This document shows, piece by piece, positions 48,348 to 56,497 of a DNA stretch of 64,000 nt. The notes below the pieces were generated by a model. That model saw nothing but the letters and a program-made list of their open reading frames with translations, did not search any database and was not told the DNA's origin. Each line of letters starts with the position of its first letter. Position 1 is the stretch's first letter. This DNA comes from a virus (lineage: Duplodnaviria; Heunggongvirae; Uroviricota; Caudoviricetes), in the IMG/VR virus record IMGVR_UViG_3300033070_001123. One strand, 5' to 3'. The position numbers and the translations under genes were made by a program.

Positions 48348-49337
48348 TTATCGAACAATAAACTTAGGGTTGAACTTTTTCCCAACAATAGAAAACTCTC
48401 TTACATTTTGCATACGAAACGCCCTAATTCCTCCAACAGTTTCGTCAAAAGTTACAAGAATCTCATGCGACGGCTCATTCTCTGGATGAGAAGTAAACCT
48501 TCCATGAGGCTCGATGTACCTTGTTATTACATTATTACCAAAAAAGCGAAGTCCCTTCTTTTTTGATTTTGTTTGATACGAAATCTTCATAACTTCTTTG
48601 TTTTCTTGCGCCCAATTAAAGGCTTCAGACACGCTACCGAACGTTGGAATCCTTTGCTGAAGATCTTCTAAACTTTCTTGTTCCTGTTCTTGAGCGTCTT
48701 CGGGAGAAGGCGACTCTTCAACAGCCAAGCCGTCTTCCTGTTGCATATCCTGCTGCTCTTGTATCGAATCTTCTATATATTGCCCTATCTCGTCTTGACT
48801 TAAAACAGGTAGATTCGTTTCTTCTATTTGTTGCGGCTGTTGAGACTGTTGACTCTGAGAGTCAAGATGATTGAAGTAATCAGATAATGTTGGGAATTTA
48901 GAAAGCATCTCTTCGTCTGTCATTTGTTGAGCAAGTCTTAAAGAAGATATCGGCTCTTTAGAATCTCTTTTAGCAAAGGAAACCATAGACGCATTCTTGT
49001 TGAAAACCATCATATCGCCAGGCTTGATACCATTGCTCTGAAAGAATCCAAGATTAGCTTCAACAGCGAACTGACATGGAGACGAGCTTGAAACAGATTT
49101 TTTGGACAATGGAGAAATTGTTTCAATATTGACAACTCTTCCTCTGTCATTTACAAATGCAATATCAAGAGGAATAAAAGTGTTCTCTCCCCAAAAGCTA
49201 AGTTTTCTGTTCGATGAGAAAACAAATAGCATACCGCAGTCCCGAGGCATACTCTTCACAAACATTAATCCCCGAGCCTGAGACTCAAGTGTGTCTGCTA
49301 TTTTTACTCGCAAAGTTGGCAATGAGTTAAGATTCAT
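48348..49337 (-). CDS. DUF192 domain fused to a C-terminal WYL-like domain
   Basis: N-terminal IADT...RGLMF...GMLFVF...SFWGENTFIPLDIAF (DUF192); C-terminal KISY...TRYIEPHG...FDETVGGIRAFRMQNV (WYL-like). Confidence 0.75.
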   Translation of the reverse strand: MNLNSLPTLRVKIADTLESQARGLMFVKSMPRDCGMLFVFSSNRKLSFWGENTFIPLDIAFVNDRGRVVNIETISPLSKKSVSSSSPCQFAVEANLGFFQSNGIKPGDMMVFNKNASMVSFAKRDSKEPISSLRLAQQMTDEEMLSKFPTLSDYFNHLDSQSQQSQQPQQIEETNLPVLSQDEIGQYIEDSIQEQQDMQQEDGLAVEESPSPEDAQEQEQESLEDLQQRIPTFGSVSEAFNWAQENKEVMKISYQTKSKKKGLRFFGNNVITRYIEPHGRFTSHPENEPSHEILVTFDETVGGIRAFRMQNVREFSIVGKKFNPKFIVR

Positions 49338-49432
49338 AGAATTACTTACGTCTTTGAAAAGATTATCCCTTCTTAGGTAGGAGTTTTGGACGCCTTTTTG
49401 TAAAACTAAATGACCTTAAGCGGAGGCTCCAA

Positions 49433-49702
49433 ATGATCAATATCTTCACATTCATTCTCAAACTGATTTTCGGATATAGTGCATCCGGAAGTCTAACAGT
49501 ATCTTCGTCAATTTCTCAAATAGAAGTCAAGCCAGGATGGACCCCTAAGCATGTATTCATTAGCTTAAACAGTAATCCTTGCATCCCTGTTTGCGGTTCT
49601 CATCAAGATTGGTTCGATGTAAAGATTGTAAAAGACGGCTTTATATTACAGTGTAACATTAAGAGTTCTTTCAGGAAAATTACATGGATAGCAACACAGT
49701 AA
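49433..49702 (+). CDS. small beta-rich protein (lectin/fibre-tip-like)
   Basis: 89 aa with SD GGAGG; FDVKIVKDGF...KITWIA pattern. Confidence 0.55.
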   Translation: MINIFTFILKLIFGYSASGSLTVSSSISQIEVKPGWTPKHVFISLNSNPCIPVCGSHQDWFDVKIVKDGFILQCNIKSSFRKITWIATQ

Positions 49703-50673
49703 ATGTTGTTGGATGGTATAGCAAGTGTAACTGTGGAGACGAAAGCTACAAACTAGCTTTCCCTAAGATTTTCCCAGATTATAACCTCGTCTTTTCTGAT
49801 TGGCCCATAAAAGACGCTGACGCCTACGTTATTGGCGGCGGAGATATCTTAACAACAAAACTTCTTGATAAGTTTGCCAGCATCGACAAGCCTAAGCATA
49901 TAATGTCTGTTACAGTATCTAAGAAACAAGATAAAGAAAAGTTCAATGGGTTTAGAACAATCATAGTTCGAGATCAGGAGTCTGTAAAAAGACTCTCTGA
50001 AATTGGCGTCGAATGCCTGCTATATCCTGATTTCTCTTTCATCCTTGAAGGCAATAAAGAAAAAGGAACATCGCTAATCGAAGAACATTTCAGCAAAAAC
50101 AGAAGCGATCTCTATCAGAAGAAAGTTGCAATAGTAATCAATGGTCATTTAGTTCCTGCTCACGGAACAACAGCATACGAGCAATCAAGATTTGACAGAT
50201 TCTGTTTTGATCTTTCAATCGCAATAGACGAGACGCCAGCAAGTTTCATATTTATACCATTTGGAACAAAACAACCTTGGGACGACAGAATTGCTAACGG
50301 CATGGTTGCGGTAAAATGTAAATGGTGGAAAAAGAACTGCATAATTTATAATGAACTTGATGTTCAAGAAACCCTTGATATTATCTCAGCAAGCGATGCT
50401 GTTGTAAGCACAAGATTACACTCGTCAATATTTAGCTGCGCAACAGAAACGCCTTTTCTCGATATCACTCATAGCCACAAAAACAAGTATTTTCTTGAAA
50501 CCATAAAGTACGAAAAAGCTTCTGTTGGATATGAAGACTTCAACATTACAAAAGCAAAATCAATTTTGAGAAATGCGATTTTTAACACTGAAGCTAAAGA
50601 AGAAATTGGAAGCCTTGTTTCAATCAACAAGCTTTTGCTTGGAGAGCTAAATAAAAGAATCATCTTGACTTGA
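49684..50673 (+). CDS. polysaccharide pyruvyl transferase family protein
   Basis: NCGDE, VIGGGDIL, IIVRDQES, YPDFSF, VSTRLHSSI motifs. Confidence 0.85.
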   Translation: MDSNTVNVVGWYSKCNCGDESYKLAFPKIFPDYNLVFSDWPIKDADAYVIGGGDILTTKLLDKFASIDKPKHIMSVTVSKKQDKEKFNGFRTIIVRDQESVKRLSEIGVECLLYPDFSFILEGNKEKGTSLIEEHFSKNRSDLYQKKVAIVINGHLVPAHGTTAYEQSRFDRFCFDLSIAIDETPASFIFIPFGTKQPWDDRIANGMVAVKCKWWKKNCIIYNELDVQETLDIISASDAVVSTRLHSSIFSCATETPFLDITHSHKNKYFLETIKYEKASVGYEDFNITKAKSILRNAIFNTEAKEEIGSLVSINKLLLGELNKRIILT

Positions 50674-50677
50674 GGAG

Positions 50678-51973
50678 TTGTTGATTATGTATCTACTGTA
50701 TGATAGCGACTACATTATAAGAATTGTTTCCACAAAGCCTGTCAAAAGCGAAGGCCTTGGTATCGTGTCTGTACCGGACAATCAAAACTGGAACAAACAG
50801 ATATACAAAAAACTTCCTAGGAAAATTGCCGAGCAAATTGGCGCTAAGGTAAAAAAGAATCATAGCGAACTAAGAATAGCTGTTATATGCAACTGGAAAG
50901 ACAAGTGCGGTATATCAACATACAGTCAGTTTCTTGTTGATTCTCTCAAAAAACAAGTCAAAGATATTGCTATCTTTTCTGAGCATGTCGCAGGCAGCAT
51001 TGACATTCAAGAGAAAGGCATGGTACGTTGTTGGAAAAGAGGCGAAGACGTTCAAGAGCTTATTGATTTGGTGAAAGATTACGCTCCTGATTTCATTATC
51101 ATACAACATGAATATGGTATCTTTCCAAACGCTTTCAAATTCATGCAACTCATGCAATCCTTTGACAAGATACCCTATGTTGTCGTAATGCACAGCGTTT
51201 ACAAGCATCTCGATAAGGCTGTCTATAGCGAATCTGCAAAGAACATTATCGTTCATACTAATGAAGCTAAAAAGACGCTCAAAGAAGTTGGCAACACAAG
51301 CAATACCTACGTTATTCCGCATGGATGTATTAGCTTCAAAGACACAAACGAACTATGGAATATCTGCACAAATCCTTATACTATTTTGCAGTTTGGTTTT
51401 GGATTTTCTTACAAAGGCGTTGATAGAGCTTTAATGGCAATCGCTCAACTCAAGTCTATGGAAAAGAAATACCAAAATATGCAATACATATATCTATGCA
51501 GCACTAACAGCCATAACCTTGCAGCAAATGCTGAATACTGTAAGAAACTCATGGCTCTTGCAAAAGAACTTGACATAGAGAAAAACATTGTTATCATACA
51601 GAAATATCAAACAGAAGAAATGATAAATCTCTACCTCAGGCTTGCGAAGATCGCAATCTTCCCTTATGTTATAGACCCTTCAAATGAAGTCTTTGGTGCT
51701 AGCGGCGCAATAAGAATTGCTCTTGCAAATAAAAGACCCGTACTAGCCAGCGAAAGTCATCTATTCGACGACTTAGAAGGTATTATACCAAGACCAAAAA
51801 ACCATATCGAACTTGCAAACGAAATAAACAAGATATTCAACTCAAAAGAGCATAGAGACTCTATTGTTGAAAACGGATATAAGTTTGTTCAAGAAAACAA
51901 TTGGGATATTTGCGCAAGAAAATACCTAGAAGTATACGACTCAATCGTATCTAATACCTGCGAAATTCAATGA
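50678..51973 (+). CDS. GT4 glycosyltransferase
   Basis: KCGISTYS, IIIQHEYGIF, VIPHG, FGFGFSYKG, IFPY...ASGAIRIALANKRPVLAS. Confidence 0.88.
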   Translation: MLIMYLLYDSDYIIRIVSTKPVKSEGLGIVSVPDNQNWNKQIYKKLPRKIAEQIGAKVKKNHSELRIAVICNWKDKCGISTYSQFLVDSLKKQVKDIAIFSEHVAGSIDIQEKGMVRCWKRGEDVQELIDLVKDYAPDFIIIQHEYGIFPNAFKFMQLMQSFDKIPYVVVMHSVYKHLDKAVYSESAKNIIVHTNEAKKTLKEVGNTSNTYVIPHGCISFKDTNELWNICTNPYTILQFGFGFSYKGVDRALMAIAQLKSMEKKYQNMQYIYLCSTNSHNLAANAEYCKKLMALAKELDIEKNIVIIQKYQTEEMINLYLRLAKIAIFPYVIDPSNEVFGASGAIRIALANKRPVLASESHLFDDLEGIIPRPKNHIELANEINKIFNSKEHRDSIVENGYKFVQENNWDICARKYLEVYDSIVSNTCEIQ

Positions 51974-52303
51974 TTGTTCAATAAAGTTGATATCCTCGTC
52001 ATCAACATTAATAGCAATTTGATTCATAGAGCTAGAATCGGAATTAATCACAACGTAATCGTTATGACTTTGAATCCATTTCTCTATATCTTGCTTGTTG
52101 CTAACCTCTTCATAGACGTTAATATAAACGTCTTCAGGTTTTGGCATTAGACGAGCGGTTTGAATATCAAAAACAAAAGAAAGCTTACCGCAACGATGGG
52201 CTTCCATCGACTCTGTTTCTGGATTGTACCAAAAATGAGTCGATTCAACCTTCTGCGCTTTCTTGACTCTTCTTTTTTCAATCTGTAGAAGTAAGATCCG
52301 CAT
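51941..52303 (-). CDS. hypothetical protein
   Basis: 120 aa; RVKKAQ near the N-terminus; start uncertain. Confidence 0.65.
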   Translation of the reverse strand: MRILLLQIEKRRVKKAQKVESTHFWYNPETESMEAHRCGKLSFVFDIQTARLMPKPEDVYINVYEEVSNKQDIEKWIQSHNDYVVINSDSSSMNQIAINVDDEDINFIEQSLNFAGIRYD

Positions 52304-52661
52304 TCTTAACTCTCAAATACCATCCAACAACTTCTTCTTTTGAAGCTTTCTTCTCTAAGGCAAAAGAATCGTCATTGAGAATCATTACCTTCAAAGCTTG
52401 AGCGCCATTCTCTGTAACCTTGAGGTACTTACCCTGATCTTCGACAAGACCAGACTCTACCATTTTCTTGAGTTCGCCAGACGCTAAATTAGCAGGCTTC
52501 AAAAACTTACGGTTCGAGAGCTTTTCCGTATCAGACCATATAGCATACAACTGCTTATTGATGCCGTCGCCCCTATTGACAAGTCTTGCTCTTGCGTCTT
52601 GCAGCGCTGGCATTATTTGTATGAGTATATCAATCAAAGATTGTTGAGCAGTTTTTTGCAT
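52278..52661 (-). CDS. hypothetical protein with a possible winged-helix segment
   Basis: Start reassigned to MQKTAQQ, just after the upstream stop; LKKMVESGLVEDQGKYLKVTENG resembles a wHTH wing. Confidence 0.65.
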   Translation of the reverse strand: MQKTAQQSLIDILIQIMPALQDARARLVNRGDGINKQLYAIWSDTEKLSNRKFLKPANLASGELKKMVESGLVEDQGKYLKVTENGAQALKVMILNDDSFALEKKASKEEVVGWYLRVKNADLTSTD

Positions 52662-52662
52662 A

Positions 52663-52902
52663 TTAGAACCCCACTTGAACTCCGAATGAACGAAGCTTCT
52701 TTCGTATTTCCATTTGTATAGAATCAAGAGCCATAACATCAGCCTGAGAAAGTTGCGTTATACCATTTAGAGATAATGTTGTAAAAGCCTGCTGAAATGT
52801 TCTAACCCTCGGATCTATTTGATTAGGTTGATTAGGGTTCTTGAGCCTTTTAGGATCAAACTTCAAAGTTTGCATTTGAGATGTTTTATACCAATTACTC
52901 AT
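52663..52902 (-). CDS. hypothetical protein
   Basis: 79 aa starting MSNWYKTSQ; ATGA-coupled. Confidence 0.75.
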   Translation of the reverse strand: MSNWYKTSQMQTLKFDPKRLKNPNQPNQIDPRVRTFQQAFTTLSLNGITQLSQADVMALDSIQMEIRKKLRSFGVQVGF

Positions 52903-53639
52903 GGTCTCATTGTTCCTCTAGGATACGGACTCTCATCCTCTCTTTTACCCCACAAATAAGGCTCGTTACGAAGCTCTCTCCACTTGAATCCCTCATTAAC
53001 CCAAGGGTCGTTATAACCTTCAAGACCCATTGTGTACCTTCTCTGATTCCTAATATCTCTTCCTCTTCCTCTAACCTCTTCATCAATATCAGACCAAGGG
53101 AAGACTCGCTCCTTCCAAGCAACATCTAAATTGGAATGAGGCCCATGAACACCTTTTGCAGAAACTTCTTTTTGTTCTGGATATTGAACAGCCAAAAGCA
53201 AAGCTCTAAGATACAGATTCTTAGCAATCAAATGGCTTACCCATTCTATGCCTAACTTATACTCTATGATTTTAGACATTACTCTATATGAAAAAGAGTT
53301 GATATCTCTACACAAGGCTTTTCCAACTTGTCTTTGAATCTCATCAAATCTAGGAAGTCCAGGATACAAATAAAGCATCCTATAAAGGCCCTGTAAAGCA
53401 TGAACAAAAACGCCGTCAATACCCTCAGGTGGATTTGTCTTAGTCTCTGTCTGTTCAGACAAAAGAGAGCAAACCTCATCCCAAAGCCTCTCAACGACTT
53501 CGTAAGAAGCTTTGGCCTTAGCTTTGAACAATCCTGCACAATGAGAAATTGGAAGGCTTTTGCTATCAAAAGAAACAACGCCATTACCCTTTAGAGCAAT
53601 GTTATGAATCAATAGTTCTTTTTTGATCTCGTCATACAA
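52899..53639 (-). CDS. hypothetical protein
   Basis: 246-aa ORF overlapping both neighbours. Confidence 0.75.
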   Translation of the reverse strand: MYDEIKKELLIHNIALKGNGVVSFDSKSLPISHCAGLFKAKAKASYEVVERLWDEVCSLLSEQTETKTNPPEGIDGVFVHALQGLYRMLYLYPGLPRFDEIQRQVGKALCRDINSFSYRVMSKIIEYKLGIEWVSHLIAKNLYLRALLLAVQYPEQKEVSAKGVHGPHSNLDVAWKERVFPWSDIDEEVRGRGRDIRNQRRYTMGLEGYNDPWVNEGFKWRELRNEPYLWGKREDESPYPRGTMRP

Positions 53640-54249
53640 GGGTTGTGTCCTCTATTGGCCTTCTCTTGACTGCAAGAGTAATATGGAAATCATGGTCTTT
53701 TATCCTTGGCGATAAGCCATACTTCTGTCTTAGTTTTTCAAGCTGAGGAGCCTCAACCTTCAAGAACCAAACAGACTGCATTTCTTCCCAACCGTCAGGA
53801 TTATCAACCTGTTCTACTCCAGTTATCTTATAGTTTATCTTCTTGCCCACATCTTCAAATCGTATACCTCACTCAGAAATTTCCTTAGTCTTCATGACTG
53901 TTATATGAGCGCCGATATCGTCGTAATGCCTTTCATTCTTAGGCGGCTTTTCAGCCTCATTACCCAAGAAGGGCATAAACCCTGCAAATATAGAGTTAGG
54001 AACGTCTACATAAACAAACCCATCTCTGGTTTGTCTAAGTTCACCAACAAAAACAACATCTTTAGCATCACTAGCCAGCTTCTTCAACGCATTAAAAGTA
54101 GCAGCCAACCGATTTTCATAATCAGCGGTCATTTTCTTGGCATAATCTTCTGGATAAAGAGTGGACCAGTAAGTTGTCAACTTTACCTGATCTTTCTTTC
54201 TCCTTTTGAGCCAATTCTTAGGAACATTTTTGGAAGCCAACTGTAACAT
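53632..54249 (-). pseudogene. 2H phosphoesterase interrupted by one in-frame TGA (53869-53871)
   Basis: The two tracked ORFs are in the same frame (...GAHITVMKTKEISE*GIRFEDVGKK...DFHITLAV); each carries one of the two HxT catalytic motifs. Confidence 0.8.
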
Positions 54250-54252
54250 TTA

Positions 54253-54858
54253 TTACTCTTTCTGTTGATTCCTTAAACTATTTTGCATTTTGAGAAGCCT
54301 ATCTCTTGTTTGCTTCTTATCTACAAAATTACCTTCTTCAAGATCTTTATCAATTTCAGCAATCCTGTTTTCAACATAGGCCTTTGTTTTTACGTCAGGA
54401 TCGTGAATGTAAGTATCCTTTGGTGGTTTCTGAGAAGCAACAACATCTTTCATGTTCTTTGGAGCCTTATCAACAGCCTTGGATTTCTTTTCTTTTGCAG
54501 CCTTAGGTTTTTCTTCTTCTGTTTTTGACTTTTCAAACAGAGAAACAAAGCCATCTTTAACAAGATTCATAAAATGAACAGAAGACGCATTTCCAAGCTC
54601 AACATCAAAAACTTGATTTGGTCCAATAATCTGTCCCCAAGGCATTCTAACTTTATTGCCAGTATTATTCTTGTATTGCGAACTTGCTGAGGGCTTATAG
54701 CTGCTTGACTGCAAAACTCCGCTCTTCAACAAGCCTTGTACTTGATAAGACAAAAACTGCTCTTTCGTCAAGTCGGCCTCTTGTCCTGCCAAAAGAGTTC
54801 CTGGCAATCCAATGATATTCAGCTTTCCTTTTACACTGTCTGCAACTTTGATCTTCAT
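54253..54858 (-). CDS. hypothetical protein with two copies of a small beta domain
   Basis: 201 aa; the repeats end GLLKSGVL and NLVKDGFV. Confidence 0.75.
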   Translation of the reverse strand: MKIKVADSVKGKLNIIGLPGTLLAGQEADLTKEQFLSYQVQGLLKSGVLQSSSYKPSASSQYKNNTGNKVRMPWGQIIGPNQVFDVELGNASSVHFMNLVKDGFVSLFEKSKTEEEKPKAAKEKKSKAVDKAPKNMKDVVASQKPPKDTYIHDPDVKTKAYVENRIAEIDKDLEEGNFVDKKQTRDRLLKMQNSLRNQQKE

Positions 54859-54869
54859 GTGCTTTTTCC

Positions 54870-55310
54870 TTATATGTTTCTAAGTCTCTTTCTAAGACCT
54901 CTAAGTACACCATCGCCACCATTCAAATTGAATGGCTTTCTGTCCCTATTATCGTCTATCTGCCGAGTAACCGTCTGATTTCTTCCTAAAGCTGCGTCCG
55001 AACCAGAAGAGCCTCCTTGACCTTGATAATCGTCATGCAATTCCAGGCCATAATCAGTTACAATACCAGTTCCATTATCGTTCTTTGGACGACCTTCATC
55101 GTCTGTAATAAAAGGTTGGTCCGTAGGCCACTCTTTATTCTGAGAAAAAGGACCACCACCAGTTTCTCCTGGCCTTAAAAGATCATCGCCCGCACCACTA
55201 TTCGGTTTACCCTTTGATTTTCTATAAGGATCAATCAATAGGGGATCTGAAGGGTTGAATGCGGTTGGCGGATTCCTTCTAGCTGTTTTGGATAAGTTAA
55301 AAGGGAGCAT
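54870..55310 (-). CDS. hypothetical head-module protein
   Basis: 146 aa starting MLPFNLSKTARR. Confidence 0.75.
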   Translation of the reverse strand: MLPFNLSKTARRNPPTAFNPSDPLLIDPYRKSKGKPNSGAGDDLLRPGETGGGPFSQNKEWPTDQPFITDDEGRPKNDNGTGIVTDYGLELHDDYQGQGGSSGSDAALGRNQTVTRQIDDNRDRKPFNLNGGDGVLRGLRKRLRNI

Positions 55311-56496
55311 CTAATGTATCATCCTCTTGTGGATTTTGCGGTTCGATTGCATTATCAACAGGAGACTCAGGCTCACTTGGCGCTGTGGTTTGACCAATTC
55401 CTCCAGTATAAGAAACGTCTCTACTTGTTACTCCAGAAATACCAGACATAGGATCAGGGAAATCAAATCCAGAATCGTCATTTGGATCTACAGGAGCGTT
55501 TGGATCTGTAGGAGCATTTAAGTCTACAGGAGCGTTTGGATCGGTCATATCGTCTACAGGAGGCGAGAAACCGCTCTGTGCTGCCCAATAATGCTCATCG
55601 CCGCTAACTGTTGGATTTCCGTCCATAAAATCAGCCTCCCTATCCTGAGGATTAGCAGAAGGCTCTGGTGTTGGCGATGGAGGAACGTTAGGGTCAAATG
55701 GCGGATTATTAGGATCAGCAGAAAGAGGGTCTTCTGTTTGAGCTAAAGACATAAGAATACTTACCTTATCTTTATTGATCGCCGAAACAATCTCTTTCTC
55801 TGAAGCAGTAAGGCCTCTACCTTCGCTACTAGCCTTTAGGTAAATACCAAACAAAAGCTTGTCTGCACTCTTTAGAGAAGCGGTAATCTCAATTGGCTTC
55901 TCTTTCTTGTTCATTGGCTTTATGTCAAGCTCTTTACCAAGATGCTCTCTATTTGTTGCCGCATCAGTATCGTGAGGAAGACCGTCAAGATTTCCAAACC
56001 TATGAGGGCTATTTTGAAGTTGACTACCCTTCTCTGGTAAGTTAACCATAACTTTTGTTGGCTCGCCATCGAGTTGAGCGCCTACAAACTTATCCCAGAA
56101 AGAGGTATCCGCTCCCTTGTTTGCCTTTGAAAAAGCATCTCTAAACTTTCTATCGTTAGCATGGGCAAGGGCGTCAATTGGAGAAACTGTATAGTTATCT
56201 TCTCCGCCCTTGAACTGCCTATGAGGATACAATGGAGAATCAGAATCCTCTATCGCTCCTTCTGTTATCTTTTCAGAAACAGAGGCCTTACGGCGAACTT
56301 CGTTCAAAAGACCTTCATGAGTCTCTGGACTTTCGCCCAAAGAACGACGATCTGCCTCAAGAAGACCATTGATAGACTTGATGCTACCGCCTCCCTCTAG
56401 CGAAAGGTTATACTTCTTAGAATGAGACGGAACAGCAGCCGACTGAGGCGTTACGCTGTTATTGATTACCTGTGCTTTTTTCAAGTTAAAAGTCAT
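55297..56496 (-). CDS. hypothetical head-module protein
   Basis: Start reassigned to MTFNLKKAQ (SD GGAGG, 1 nt after the terL stop); acidic Pro-rich C-terminus. Confidence 0.8.
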   Translation of the reverse strand: MTFNLKKAQVINNSVTPQSAAVPSHSKKYNLSLEGGGSIKSINGLLEADRRSLGESPETHEGLLNEVRRKASVSEKITEGAIEDSDSPLYPHRQFKGGEDNYTVSPIDALAHANDRKFRDAFSKANKGADTSFWDKFVGAQLDGEPTKVMVNLPEKGSQLQNSPHRFGNLDGLPHDTDAATNREHLGKELDIKPMNKKEKPIEITASLKSADKLLFGIYLKASSEGRGLTASEKEIVSAINKDKVSILMSLAQTEDPLSADPNNPPFDPNVPPSPTPEPSANPQDREADFMDGNPTVSGDEHYWAAQSGFSPPVDDMTDPNAPVDLNAPTDPNAPVDPNDDSGFDFPDPMSGISGVTSRDVSYTGGIGQTTAPSEPESPVDNAIEPQNPQEDDTLDAPF

Positions 56497-56497
56497 T

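Noticed and set aside
53869-53871. Genome-wide TGA recoding or selenocysteine as an explanation for the split 2H gene
   Set aside because: TGA terminates many genes here in ATGA overlaps (e.g. 2407, 40351, 40791, 52899), long ORFs are intact in code 11, and no SECIS-like hairpin follows.
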